40,352 nt of DNA from Acidimicrobiia bacterium (GCA_035329685.1 DAOLGI010000006.1:1570-41921); one strand, 5' to 3'; positions 1 through 9,398 are shown, counted from the first letter of the stretch. Numbers and translations are program-made. The notes: a model not told the origin generated them from the letters alone.

Positions 1-2
1 TG

Positions 3-380
3 GCTCAGGTTGCTGCCATGATTGACGACATTCTCGGCCCGTATGCAGATCAGGTCACGATTTCTTATTCTCAAGATGAAGAAAGTTCCGTGTCTCCCAC
101 TCATACGCCCTTGTGGGATGCACTCCAGCGAGTGTCTTCAGGTATTTTTCCCGGCGCACAACTATTGCCAACCATTTCAACGTTTGGAACTGATTCGCGC
201 TTTTGGCGATGGAATGGCGCAGTTGCCTATGGTGCAGCATTATTTGCACCAGATGACACAACCTATGCTGGGCACTTAGCGATGTTCCACGGAAGAAACG
301 AAAAGGTGAGTGTGAAATCTTTACAACACACTACAGATCTTTATGAAGGCGTTATTCGCTCCCTCGGCGATTTTTACTAA
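3..380 (+). CDS. M20/M25/M40-family metallopeptidase (dipeptidase/deacylase-like), C-terminal fragment; 5' end outside window
   Basis: The frame is open from the window edge to the stop at 378-380. The C-terminal block GTDSRFW..NG..AYG...F.HG.NE.V...SL resembles the C-terminal end of M20 peptidases. Confidence 0.55.
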   Translation, partial: AQVAAMIDDILGPYADQVTISYSQDEESSVSPTHTPLWDALQRVSSGIFPGAQLLPTISTFGTDSRFWRWNGAVAYGAALFAPDDTTYAGHLAMFHGRNEKVSVKSLQHTTDLYEGVIRSLGDFY

Positions 381-385
381 TTAAG

Positions 386-544
386 GTCATTCCGAGGCGT
401 TACCTCTCGTCATCCAGAGGGCTTTAGCCCGAATGATCTCCGCGCAGCCCTGTCATTCAGAGTGTAACGAAGAATCTCAACTTCAATGACCACTTCCATA
501 TTGAGATCCTTCGCTTAGTCGCTACGCTCCTGGCTCAGGATGAC
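386..544. repeat. Intergenic hairpin-repeat cluster A (3 forward units at 386, 409 and 452; linker aacttcaatgaccacttc; 1 long reverse unit ending 544)
   Basis: Units read directly: gtcattccgagg.., gtcatccagagggctttagcccgaatgatctc, gtcattcagagtgtaacgaagaatctc, and gagatccttcgcttagtcgctacgctcctggctcaggatgac. The same unit types recur at six other loci. Confidence 0.85.
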
Positions 545-572
545 TTTTTGGAAGGCGAAGCCTTCCAAAAAG

Positions 573-1571
573 TCACTTCTCTGGCGGCTGATCTCGGAGG
601 AATTTTTCCACTTCAGCAGCTAGCGCTTCCGCGCTCGGGAATTCTTCATCAGCAAGTTCGTATGTTTCAGCAAAATCTCCTGAGTCGTATCGCATTTCAA
701 GTTCCGCAACATATTCGACCGCCTGGTCGTCATCCGCAACTGCATCATTGACGTGATTCACCCAGTCGGCTGCTTGGCTAGCCAAGTCGCTGGTGTCAAA
801 GTCGACTCCCACTAACGCGCTAAATGTATTGAGTAATTCATTCATGGCTGCGGGTTGAGGACGTTGAGCAACATAGTGGGGAATCGTTGCCCACAAGGAT
901 GTAGAAGATAAATGATTCTGGGTTAAGTACTCGTGGAGGACTCCGATGATTCCTGTCGGGCCTTCATAGTTTGAGGGCAAAACTTCTAGCGCGTCTAAAC
1001 GCTCACGTTCTGATCCAATTCCGGTCAAACGAGTAGGTCGCGTGTGGGGAACCTCAGCCATCATGGAACCAAATGTAAAAATCTCTTCACATTTGAGCTC
1101 TGAGATGACCTGAAGAATGTCTACGCAGAAGGCCTTCCATCGATAGTTGGGCTCATGACTGAGCATCACGACAATGTCGCGATCACTGTCGTCGAGAGAG
1201 ATTCCGTAAATGCGATTTCGTGGCCACGATACTTGGCGAATTCCGCCTTCGCCCACAGAAATATTGGGTCGGACTGCTTGGTAATCGAAATAAGTATCGC
1301 CTTCTATTTCAGCGACAAGTTGGCTAGAAAATTTATCGACAATCCATGCAACAGAGTCGCTCGCCGCTTCTCCTGCATCGTTCCAGCCTTCAAAAGCTGC
1401 AACAAAAATGGGATTGCGCAGTTGAGGTCGGTGATACCAAATGATGGATTCTGAGTCTTCGATGCAGAAAATGCTAGATAATCCAACGTTAAATACTCGT
1501 ATTGACCGCAAAAAGGTAATTGATTTTAGGGCTGTTCCTTGCTCGAAGTGCAAGGTGCGGTCCTCCCCCAA
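573..1571 (-). CDS. PAC2 (proteasome assembly chaperone 2-like) family protein; start codon uncertain
   Basis: Contains the N-terminal PAC2 signature PIFVAAFEGWNDAGEAAS and has the typical ~300 aa length with an acidic C-terminal tail. The track start at 1571 is a TTG with no SD. No ATG lies upstream of the conserved motif, so the true start may be an internal TTG. Confidence 0.7.
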   Translation of the reverse strand: MGEDRTLHFEQGTALKSITFLRSIRVFNVGLSSIFCIEDSESIIWYHRPQLRNPIFVAAFEGWNDAGEAASDSVAWIVDKFSSQLVAEIEGDTYFDYQAVRPNISVGEGGIRQVSWPRNRIYGISLDDSDRDIVVMLSHEPNYRWKAFCVDILQVISELKCEEIFTFGSMMAEVPHTRPTRLTGIGSERERLDALEVLPSNYEGPTGIIGVLHEYLTQNHLSSTSLWATIPHYVAQRPQPAAMNELLNTFSALVGVDFDTSDLASQAADWVNHVNDAVADDDQAVEYVAELEMRYDSGDFAETYELADEEFPSAEALAAEVEKFLRDQPPEK

Positions 1572-1624
1572 ATTACTAAAGTTGCAGCTGTTCGTTCAGT
1601 TGTATCGCGTCTTGTGGTTTACAT

Positions 1625-1679
1625 AAAAAAAGAGGGCCGTGGGCGAAAACCATAGAGATGGTTTCCGCCCACGGCCCTC
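1625..1679 (-). terminator. Rho-independent terminator downstream of the whiB-like gene
   Basis: A 14-bp perfect stem, gagggccgtgggcg (1632-1645) / cgcccacggccctc (1666-1679), has a nested small hairpin aaaccat..atggttt in its loop. The plus-strand A-run at 1625-1631 is a U-run after the stem on the minus-strand transcript. The element lies 13 nt after the whiB stop. Confidence 0.7.
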
Positions 1680-1691
1680 CGAGAAAACTAG

Positions 1692-2030
1692 TTACGCAGG
1701 AGCGCTTTCACCACGAGGTGCAACTGGTGCTCCGTCGCCCTTCGGGTAACGAGCTACGCGACCGACAGGCATCTCAACACGGTATCCAGCAGCTGCACGG
1801 TCTTCTTCAGATTCGCCGCCCCAGAAACCATATTCGCGATGATTGCGTGCCCAATCGCGGCAGTCTTCCATCACGGGACACACTGCACAGATGGTGCGTG
1901 CCTTTGCTTCACGGCGTGCGCGAGCTTCCGGTCGTTCTCCCGGTGGTGGGAAAAAGAGTGATGTTTGGCCGCAACATGCTGCCTTATTGGTCCACGTCAG
2001 TGGTCCTGTGAATACGAGTGTAGATTCCAT
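1692..2030 (-). CDS. WhiB-family [4Fe-4S] transcriptional regulator (WhiB3-like spacing)
   Basis: Four Cys are arranged as C-X(n)-C-X2-C-X5-C (..AACCGQ..; CAVCPVMEDC). The segment FFPPPGERPEARARREAKARTIC is followed by the G(F/V)WGG turn (GFWGGESEEDR). Confidence 0.9.
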   Translation of the reverse strand: MESTLVFTGPLTWTNKAACCGQTSLFFPPPGERPEARARREAKARTICAVCPVMEDCRDWARNHREYGFWGGESEEDRAAAGYRVEMPVGRVARYPKGDGAPVAPRGESAPA

Positions 2031-2275
2031 TTTTTATTGCCTCCCGAGAGCCGTTTAGTATAGAACGTTTCGAAGATTTAAGCCAGAAAGGTTATGTCAG
2101 AAGGCCAATGGGGGAATTGGCCTCCCGACATGGATGGGGGAACAGAGTTATTCTGACACACATAGATCCATCCGTCAAACGTATATAATAGATAGGATAA
2201 ATCTCTATTTGTGATACTATATCTCGGAGAAATGTGTACATATATGTCGCTTTATGAAGTGAAAGTTGAATCAAC

Positions 2276-3148
2276 ATGGACCTAAGACAACTTGATGTGC
2301 TTGCAGCCATCCATCAGTCAGGCAGCTTTACCGCCGCTGCAGATTCTTTGGGAACTGTTCAAAGTAATGTATCGGCTCAGATTCAGGCGTTAGAGAAAGA
2401 ACTACACACAACACTTATTGTTCGCTCCCGACAAGGTGCTCGATTGACAGAACAAGGTCAAGTCGTTGTTGACCGTGCGAAACGTATTACGGCAGAGATT
2501 GATTCAATGCTTGTTGACCTATCGATGTTGCAAGGTCTCAAGCGCGGGCATGCTTCGATCGGTGTCATTGGAACAGCGAGTCGATGGATTGTTCCTTCGC
2601 TTGTTCAAGAAATGCGAGATTCTGCACCTGGCGTTACATTGCACATTACCGAAGCTCCATCCGAACGATTGTTGGCTGATGTTATTACACACGATCTTTC
2701 AGTTGCAGTTATCACTGAGCCTGTTGCTGATCCCCGTGTAGAAGTAACAACTTTATGTGATGAAGAAATAGTTGGTATTGCTCCCAAAGAATTTGGATTG
2801 GATTCTTCACCAAAAACCTTTGCTGAACTGTCTCAGTACCCTCACGTACTCACACCTAAAACAAATCCCCTCCGTACATGGATCGATAAGGCTGCGCGTA
2901 AAGAAGAAGTAACGCTCGATGTGCCAGTGAACTGTGAAGGTATTCGTTTGCTGCCCCGCTTAGTGCGTTCTGGGGTCGGTTGTTCGATATTGCCTTTAAC
3001 CGCGCTTCCTAATGAGCAAAGCGTTTTTACTGTTTACAAAATTGAAAACCTGCCACCGCGTCACTTGGCGTTGATCTCAGCCAAGGATGCTGTTTTGTCA
3101 ATGGCGGAGCGTGTGGTCAGTGATGTGATTATCCGGCTCACCCAGTAA
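2276..3148 (+). CDS. LysR-family transcriptional regulator
   Basis: The N-terminal wHTH reads MDLRQLDVLAAIHQSGSFTAAADSLGTVQSNVSAQIQALEKEL. At 290 aa it has the length expected for a C-terminal substrate-binding domain. Confidence 0.9.
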   Translation: MDLRQLDVLAAIHQSGSFTAAADSLGTVQSNVSAQIQALEKELHTTLIVRSRQGARLTEQGQVVVDRAKRITAEIDSMLVDLSMLQGLKRGHASIGVIGTASRWIVPSLVQEMRDSAPGVTLHITEAPSERLLADVITHDLSVAVITEPVADPRVEVTTLCDEEIVGIAPKEFGLDSSPKTFAELSQYPHVLTPKTNPLRTWIDKAARKEEVTLDVPVNCEGIRLLPRLVRSGVGCSILPLTALPNEQSVFTVYKIENLPPRHLALISAKDAVLSMAERVVSDVIIRLTQ

Positions 3149-3873
3149 GCCGCTCCAAATACTGCAAGCCCGCCGACTGCGTCGAGGATGTAATGGTTTG
3201 AAGTCACGATTACAACAAACAGGGTGCATATCGGGTAGCAACAGAGAAGAATTTTAAGCCACCTCTTTTTTATATAAGGGAAAAGCGAAAAGACGCACCA
3301 CGTAGACCAAACGATATGCACAGAAGGCATGGCTGCAAACTGATTCGAGATTGCTGCGAATTCTTCCGTATTAAATGACCAAAATGTGGGATATTTTGCG
3401 AGGGTATCGACATAGCCATAGTCTGAAGGCATCAAACGGGGTGGCATGAGGGGAAATGTGATGAAGCCCACGAGGGAAATGAGCGTTCCGGACACAATGG
3501 TTGTGCGCACATGTGAATAGCGTTTCGGATCTTTGGCGAAGACGTAGAACAAAGCAAAAAGCGTGACGATGAAGTGAAACGAGCCATAGAAATAATTACT
3601 CGCAATAATGATCCAATCAAAAGGGAGAAAATATGCGTGAATGGATCGTTCGATATACATGGAAAAGAAATGTTCCACACGAATAATGTGTTTTGCATTA
3701 GTGAACGCCTGCGACTTCGACGCATCTGTATTGTTTCGACCTAATGTATATATCGCATAAAGTGAACCAATGATGACAACTTCAACAAGAATTCGCCGAG
3801 GTTGTTCAGCGTTCTTTGCCTTATGAAAAATATTCATTTTTGTTGACTGAGGGATGTCGGGCATCAAATCCAA
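3061..3873 (-). CDS. PAP2-superfamily membrane phosphatase/phosphotransferase (PAP2_3 / inositolphosphoceramide-synthase-like type)
   Basis: Polytopic membrane protein with the motifs ..AAMPSVH.. and ..SNHYILDAVGG.. (PSxH and SxHxxxD of the PAP2 C2/C3 boxes). Its start codon abuts the stop of the upstream gene (3873/3874). Confidence 0.7.
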   Translation of the reverse strand: MDLMPDIPQSTKMNIFHKAKNAEQPRRILVEVVIIGSLYAIYTLGRNNTDASKSQAFTNAKHIIRVEHFFSMYIERSIHAYFLPFDWIIIASNYFYGSFHFIVTLFALFYVFAKDPKRYSHVRTTIVSGTLISLVGFITFPLMPPRLMPSDYGYVDTLAKYPTFWSFNTEEFAAISNQFAAMPSVHIVWSTWCVFSLFPYIKKRWLKILLCCYPICTLFVVIVTSNHYILDAVGGLAVFGAAYWVSRIITSLTTRSAIDKTASLAEINAK

Positions 3874-4470
3874 TTAACTTTCACGGATAGTGCAGACTTT
3901 AAATTTGCCATTCTCTTTGTCTAAGTTCACAATTGTCTTGTAAGTGGTTCCATTTTCCCGCTTGACTGTTCCTGTTACCTCAGCCTCTCCATTTGTTGTT
4001 GTAACATCTTTAAAATCAAAACTTACAATTCCTCGTTTGGTTTCTTCCTTGCTTTGGAATACAAAGTTGAATGATCCATCCTGCTTGAGGAATCGCTTAC
4101 ATGTAAGGGAATCCAAGTCTTTGCCATCCTGTGCTGCATGATAGAACTTATTTGTTGCATCAACTGCTGGTTTAGTTTCACTTACCACCCATAAGGTACA
4201 TCCACCTATACCGAGACCACAAAGGAAAAGAGGAACAACAATTGAGAGAGTGATCCAGAGCCAAAGCTTACTTTTCTTTTTTGGTTGTTCATTCGGTGTT
4301 CCAAGTGGTGGAGTGGGTACTTGAGTAGCGGAAGCCTCTGCGGGAAGGAATTCTTGTGGAGCATCAGATGTTGAAGCCGGTGGTTGAGTTGCTGGAGTAG
4401 ACTCACCTTCGGGAGCTGCCCATCCGGACTCCTCGTTGAGTGGATCGCCGTTGTTGATTTCGTCTGACAT
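3874..4470 (-). CDS. Single-pass membrane protein with a Pro/acid-rich cytoplasmic tail and a small extracytoplasmic beta-rich domain (DUF4878/NTF2-like guess)
   Basis: The internal ATG at 4470 is preceded by AAGGAG (cgaaggagatagaaATG). It is therefore preferred over the track start at 4521. The TM segment is LWLWITLSIVVPLFLCGLGIGG. The gene is co-directional and contiguous with the PAP2 gene. Confidence 0.65.
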   Translation of the reverse strand: MSDEINNGDPLNEESGWAAPEGESTPATQPPASTSDAPQEFLPAEASATQVPTPPLGTPNEQPKKKSKLWLWITLSIVVPLFLCGLGIGGCTLWVVSETKPAVDATNKFYHAAQDGKDLDSLTCKRFLKQDGSFNFVFQSKEETKRGIVSFDFKDVTTTNGEAEVTGTVKRENGTTYKTIVNLDKENGKFKVCTIRES

Positions 4471-4595
4471 TTCTATCTCCTTCGAACTTCCAGATAATTT
4501 AACATGCGCGATGTCAATCATGCGCCCGGTGCGCCTTGAATAACTTCAAGCAAAGTCGTCTATACACGTAGAATGGGTATCCACATGAGGACAAT

Positions 4596-5999
4596 ATGAA
4601 TATCGATCCCCAACTAATAAGTGAATCCTTGGATTATGCATCGAAAAAAGGTGCTTCATTTGCCGAAGCTTTTTGTGAACAGACCAGTACTGCTGCCACA
4701 TCGCTTGACGAAAAACGTATTGATTCGAGAACTACAGGCCTGAGCAAAGGCGTAGGTATTCGTGTTGTCAACAATTCTCGTGTGGGGTATGCCTATACGA
4801 GCACATTTACAACTGAGGGTCTGAGGGTCGCCGTGGATGCCGCATGTGCATCAGCGGGTGTCGGAGATGCCATATCTGCATCGGGCAAAGGTGTGGATGC
4901 ATCACTATTCGTGGACGTCAATAATCGGCAAGGATTTGATGCTCAAGAGTTTCGCGATCCCGCAACAATAACGGCAGAACGACTGCGAGAGATTGATGAT
5001 GTTGCACGTAGTTATCATGCCTCCATTGCTCAAGCATCAGCAACAATTGCTCAAAGTCAACGTGAAGTTCTCATTATGAATACTGCCGGAGTCAATGTTT
5101 CTGATTCGCAAACGCGTACTCGTTGCGTTGTTCAAACAATTGCAAAAAATTCTGATGGAATCCAAAGTGCACACGAAGCGCCAGGAAGAAGTATGGGGGC
5201 ACAGTATTTCGACATCTTTTCGGTCGATAACATCGCGCGTATCGCAGCCCAGCGTGCTGTGACTCTTCTTGATGCGCGACCAGCACCTAGTGGAAACCTC
5301 ACGGTGATTCTGAAAAAGGGTGCTGGTGGAGTTCTTTTCCATGAGGCTTGTGGCCATGGTCTCGAAGCTGACCACATTGACAAATCTCAGAGTGTTTTTG
5401 CTGGCAAGGTAGGGAAAAAAGTTGCTTCCCCTTTAGTGACGCTCGTCGACGACGGAACGATGGGTGATGAATGGGGGACATATCGATTTGATGACGAGGG
5501 AAATCCTGCACAAAAAAATACATTGATCAAAGATGGTGTTTTGAACGACTATATGTGGGATATTTTGCGTTCCACCAAGCTGGGCCATGGCGTTTCGGGC
5601 AACGGCCGTCGTGAGACATATGAATATCTTCCTATGGTTCGCATGACCAATACGTATCTTGAACCTGGATCAATGAGTGTTGACGACATCATTTCCTCTA
5701 CCGATTATGGAATATATTGTGTGGCTCTTGGCGGTGGGCAAGTAGATACGGTGACGGGTGAATATGTATTTGGAATTACCGAAGCGTACATGGTAGAAAA
5801 CGGAGTCATTACCTATCCCATTCGGGGTGCAACTCTCATTGGAAATGGTTTACAAACCATGCTTGATATCGACATGGTTGCAAACGATTTTGATACATGG
5901 ACAGGGACGTGTGGCAAGAATGGCCAGGGAGTCCCTGTGTCTTCGGGTCAACCGACATTGCGTGTTGCGAAGATGACTGTGGGAGGAACATCCACATGA
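4596..5999 (+). CDS. tldD: Metalloprotease TldD
   Basis: HEACGHGLEADH (HExxxH-type) motif, the C-terminal GGG..D..TG.....I.EAY.VENG block, and 467 aa length. It is paired with pmbA. Confidence 0.9.
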   Translation: MNIDPQLISESLDYASKKGASFAEAFCEQTSTAATSLDEKRIDSRTTGLSKGVGIRVVNNSRVGYAYTSTFTTEGLRVAVDAACASAGVGDAISASGKGVDASLFVDVNNRQGFDAQEFRDPATITAERLREIDDVARSYHASIAQASATIAQSQREVLIMNTAGVNVSDSQTRTRCVVQTIAKNSDGIQSAHEAPGRSMGAQYFDIFSVDNIARIAAQRAVTLLDARPAPSGNLTVILKKGAGGVLFHEACGHGLEADHIDKSQSVFAGKVGKKVASPLVTLVDDGTMGDEWGTYRFDDEGNPAQKNTLIKDGVLNDYMWDILRSTKLGHGVSGNGRRETYEYLPMVRMTNTYLEPGSMSVDDIISSTDYGIYCVALGGGQVDTVTGEYVFGITEAYMVENGVITYPIRGATLIGNGLQTMLDIDMVANDFDTWTGTCGKNGQGVPVSSGQPTLRVAKMTVGGTST

Positions 6000-7378
6000 G
6001 TTCAACAGCGCTGAAAAATATGCGTGACACGACAATGTTGCAAGAAGTAGCGCAACGTATTGCCGCACAAGCACAAGGAAACGAAGAAATTGAAGTTTAC
6101 GTTTCTCAAGGCGGTGATGTGGAAGTCACTGTTTACAGAGGCGAAGTAGAAAACATGACGACCGCCAATTCCACTGCTGTGGGAATTCGTGTTATTAACG
6201 ATCATCGTGAAGGAAGTGCTTGGGCAGAATCGCTGGATGAAGGTATTCTTCAGCAGACACTTAGCTTTGCGCGTGAGAACGCTTCGATTGCTGAACCTGA
6301 TGAGTTTGCGACGCTCGTCAAACCATCAGATATTGATGATGTCGAACCTGTTGTTCGCGACGGATGGGATGATTCGATCTTTGCTCTCTCGCTGGAAGAC
6401 AAGATTGCGCTTGCTCTAGAACTTGATCACAAAGCAAGCTCCTTTGACGAACGCATTAAAGATGTTCCCTCTGCCGATTATGAAGACGGATGGGGACACA
6501 GCGTCGTTGCAAACTCCCATGGAATTATGGTGACAAATTCATCGACTTCTGCAAGTTTGTCGGCATCTGTCATGCTGGGAGACGATGAACAGCTTGAATC
6601 AAGTGGATTTTCTTTTGGACGAGGAACAACAAATCTCAATATCGATGAAGTTATCTCAATGGCATTCTCCAGGGGACTTCGTTTGCTGGGAGGGACACAA
6701 CCCATTAGTGAAGCATTGCCTGTTATTTTAGATCCTCTTGTTGCTACACAATTTTTTGGAATTATTGCAGGCATGATGTCGGGAGGCGCCGTTGCAAAAG
6801 GTCGAGCCCTTCTTGCTGATCGTTTGGGCGACACAATTGGCCACTCGAACTTAACACTTATTGACGACCCTACACATGAAAAGGCCTTTTCGTCAGCAAC
6901 ATACGATGCAGAAGGAATGCCCACACGGAGAAATATCTTTATTGAGAATGGTGTGCTGCAACAGTTCGCTCACACCATGTATTCATCTCGGCGCTTAAAG
7001 ATGAAGCCCAATGCTTGTGCACGTCGGGGCGGTGTTGCGTCACGACCTGGAGCGGGTATGCGTGCTCTCTACGCACAAACCACCGGTGAAAGTGTTGAAG
7101 AAATCTTTGAGCGTGTAGGCGAAGCCGTGTATGTACAACATTTTCTTGGTGTTCACTCAGGGGTGAACGCGCTCTCGGGAGATTTTTCAGTGGGCGCGCA
7201 AGGCGTGTGGATCCGGGATGGTCATATGGCCGAAGCATTTAAGGAAGCAACGATTGCATCTGACCTGTTGACAATGTTGTCCCGTACAAGTGCTGTGGCA
7301 AACGATACATGGTGGTTGCCTGGTTCTGTTGTGGGCAACACAGTGTTAATTGACGAGATGGTGATGACCGGGAAGTGA
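5996..7378 (+). CDS. pmbA: Metalloprotease PmbA/TldE
   Basis: TldD/PmbA-family C-terminal block (GVNALSGDFSVGAQGVWIRDG). The preferred start, ATG 5996, overlaps the tldD stop in an ATGA arrangement. The track start at 5897 would overlap tldD by 100 nt. Confidence 0.85.
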   Translation: MSSTALKNMRDTTMLQEVAQRIAAQAQGNEEIEVYVSQGGDVEVTVYRGEVENMTTANSTAVGIRVINDHREGSAWAESLDEGILQQTLSFARENASIAEPDEFATLVKPSDIDDVEPVVRDGWDDSIFALSLEDKIALALELDHKASSFDERIKDVPSADYEDGWGHSVVANSHGIMVTNSSTSASLSASVMLGDDEQLESSGFSFGRGTTNLNIDEVISMAFSRGLRLLGGTQPISEALPVILDPLVATQFFGIIAGMMSGGAVAKGRALLADRLGDTIGHSNLTLIDDPTHEKAFSSATYDAEGMPTRRNIFIENGVLQQFAHTMYSSRRLKMKPNACARRGGVASRPGAGMRALYAQTTGESVEEIFERVGEAVYVQHFLGVHSGVNALSGDFSVGAQGVWIRDGHMAEAFKEATIASDLLTMLSRTSAVANDTWWLPGSVVGNTVLIDEMVMTGK

Positions 7379-7549
7379 TTTTCCAGGGTGGAACCCTGGA
7401 AAATCATCCTGAGCGAGCCAGGAGCGAAGCGACTAAGCGAGTCGAAGGATCTCGCCAAAGACACTCCGAACGTAAGCTCATCCTTCGCTCCGCGAAGATC
7501 CTTAGGGCTAAAGCCCTCAGGATGACATTTAAGGGTTTCACCCTAAAAT
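7378..7549. repeat. Composite hairpin-repeat element B, filling the whole pmbA/uppP convergent spacer
   Basis: The element is bounded by two related hairpins: attttccagggt-gga-accctggaaaat (7378-7404) and atttaagggt-ttc-accctaaaat (7527-7549). Inside are a long forward unit (tcatcctgagcgagccaggagcgaagcgactaagcgagtcgaaggatctc) and a reverse unit (gaagatccttagggctaaagccctcaggatgac). Both are near-identical to units in cluster A. Confidence 0.85.
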
Positions 7550-7550
7550 G

Positions 7551-8369
7551 TCAGTTAACAAACAGCCACAAAAAGATTCCAAGACCCGCAGCAACACGGT
7601 AGATCACAAATCCGGTGAACGATCGTGTGCGAACAATTTTGAGTAATCCGTAAACGGCAATCCATCCTGTAACTGCAGAAACAATGACACCGACGATCAT
7701 GGGAATAACTAATGATGAAGGAATTCCCTCGCCAGCAATCGTTTTTGTTCCAGTGAAAAGGGCTGCGCCAGCAACAATGGGAATGAGCATCAAAAAACTT
7801 AATCGTGCAGATGATTCGCGGGAAAAACCGCGGAGACGAAGTGCCGTCATTGTGATTCCGCTTCGGCTCACCCCCGGTTGCAAAGCAAGGGCCTGACTCG
7901 CTCCCGCGACGACAGCATCTTTTATACTAAAGCTCGTGTCGTTGCGATCTCCTTGAATGCGATCGCAGACAAACAATAGCAATCCAAAAATAATAAGCAT
8001 GCTCGCAATGAGTGCAGGCTTACCCAAATGTTCGGAAATAGTTTCTTCCAATAATGCACCTAACAAAGCGCCGGGAATGGATGTGACGACAAGTAACAAT
8101 CCAAGCTTGGCGTAGTCATCCATTTTCCGCGTGCGCAATCCGTTCCAGAGAGATAAAACAATACGACGAACGTCTTTATTGAGATAAGCAACTGCTCCAA
8201 TAAGAGTTCCGGCATGAAGTGCGACATCGAATGTTTTTTCTACACTGGGCGATAATTCTTCCCAGCCCAACAGCTGTGGAACTACTGCTAAGTGTCCGCT
8301 GGATGAAATCGGAAGAAATTCTGTGAGACCTTGAATGAGCCCAAGGATGATTGCATGGATAATGGGCAT
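7551..8369 (-). CDS. uppP: Undecaprenyl-diphosphate phosphatase
   Basis: BacA/UppP signature GLIQGLTEFLPISSSGHL, the later PGVSRSG motif, and about 8 TM segments over 272 aa. Confidence 0.92.
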   Translation of the reverse strand: MPIIHAIILGLIQGLTEFLPISSSGHLAVVPQLLGWEELSPSVEKTFDVALHAGTLIGAVAYLNKDVRRIVLSLWNGLRTRKMDDYAKLGLLLVVTSIPGALLGALLEETISEHLGKPALIASMLIIFGLLLFVCDRIQGDRNDTSFSIKDAVVAGASQALALQPGVSRSGITMTALRLRGFSRESSARLSFLMLIPIVAGAALFTGTKTIAGEGIPSSLVIPMIVGVIVSAVTGWIAVYGLLKIVRTRSFTGFVIYRVAAGLGIFLWLFVN

Positions 8370-8378
8370 CGCAATACA

Positions 8379-8993
8379 CTAATGATTATTACGTCGAAGA
8401 GCGAAGCGCACGTCTCCTTGACTGAGTGCTTGTGTGATATCCGCGGCTTCGTCCTGGGTAACTTCTACAAAATACCCATGGTTGTTTTCTTGGTATTGTG
8501 AAGAATCGGGCGGGGACAGATCAAAAAGAATTGTTGCATCGTAAGCAATGTATCGTGCACCAAAGTCATCAGACGAGACACTGACAAGGTCTGTCGTTGT
8601 CGAAATGCTTTCATCGAGAATGTCAGAAGTAGGAATGAACAGAATGCGATTGTCTTCATCGATAAGTGATTCAGCTGTTTTACTCAACATGTTTTTTGTC
8701 AGAATCGTTCCTTCTGCAATATCAGAACGCGTAAAAAGTTTCGTTGGCTGTGAGGTTGTTGCACCAGTGGGCGCATCTCCGGAAAACATGGCATGCGCTT
8801 TAAAGTCTGATGACGTGAGAACAGAACCTTTTGCAAGATTGTGTGTGACTATAAAATATGTATGCCGTGTGCCGTGATTATGGGCGAGGGATCGCAAAGT
8901 CAAGAGTGCATCGAGAACGATGTAAGTTGCAATGATGCTCACAACGACAAGAAGAACTGTAGCGAGTCGTGAGCGCGGTGACCTTTTGAGCAC
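8379..8993 (-). CDS. Membrane-anchored SAF-domain protein (CpaB/RcpC-like N-terminus)
   Basis: An N-terminal TM is followed by a SAF-like segment (FIVTHNLAKGSVLTSSDFK...SDIAEGTILTKNML). Function was not recognised further. Confidence 0.5.
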   Translation of the reverse strand: MLKRSPRSRLATVLLVVVSIIATYIVLDALLTLRSLAHNHGTRHTYFIVTHNLAKGSVLTSSDFKAHAMFSGDAPTGATTSQPTKLFTRSDIAEGTILTKNMLSKTAESLIDEDNRILFIPTSDILDESISTTTDLVSVSSDDFGARYIAYDATILFDLSPPDSSQYQENNHGYFVEVTQDEAADITQALSQGDVRFALRRNNH

Positions 8994-9044
8994 CTGCGCA
9001 TACTATCCATATATACAATATATTACAAGATTGAGCTAGATCAA

Positions 9045-9398
9045 CTACTTTTCTTTCTTGGTTGGAGAAGGGGTAGATGACGATGATTTCGAGTCGGTCT
9101 TAGGCGAAGGCGAACCTTCTGAAGGGGCTTTTTTCGTTTCGGTCGGCGATGCCGAGGATGAATCACCTGTATTGCTTCCTGTATCAGCTTTCTTCGAATT
9201 TTTTGTTTGAGATGCAGCTGTGCTTCGTGTGTCCGTTTTATAAAACCCCGAACCCTTCAATACAATGCCGGCACTCGAGAAAACTTTGACAACATCGCCG
9301 CCACATTCATCGTGCGTTGTCAAGGCCGGGTCAATCATGCGTTGTTCCACATCAAAATGTTTTCCGCATTTTTGACACTGGTATTCATACATTGGCAT
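9045..9398 (-). CDS. FmdB-family zinc-ribbon protein with a Ser/Thr/Lys-rich tail
   Basis: MPMYEYQCQKCGKHFDVEQRM....HDECGGDV..VFS...LKGSGFYKTD is the CxxC..CxxC FmdB signature. The start was moved to the internal ATG at 9398, because the upstream 94 codons of the track ORF look non-coding. Confidence 0.8.
   Translation of the reverse strand: MPMYEYQCQKCGKHFDVEQRMIDPALTTHDECGGDVVKVFSSAGIVLKGSGFYKTDTRSTAASQTKNSKKADTGSNTGDSSSASPTETKKAPSEGSPSPKTDSKSSSSTPSPTKKEK

Noticed and set aside
548-751. Plus-strand ORF (67 aa) beginning at the edge of repeat cluster A and running antisense to the PAC2 gene
   Set aside because: It is antisense to a gene with clear family motifs and has no motif of its own. 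It is a typical shadow ORF.
7375-7602. ORFs 7375-7602 (+) and 7222-7464 (-) across repeat locus B
   Set aside because: Their sequence is simply the translated hairpin repeats (FQGGTLENH.., ..LRMTFKGFTLK). The same peptides would arise at every repeat copy, so they are not genes.
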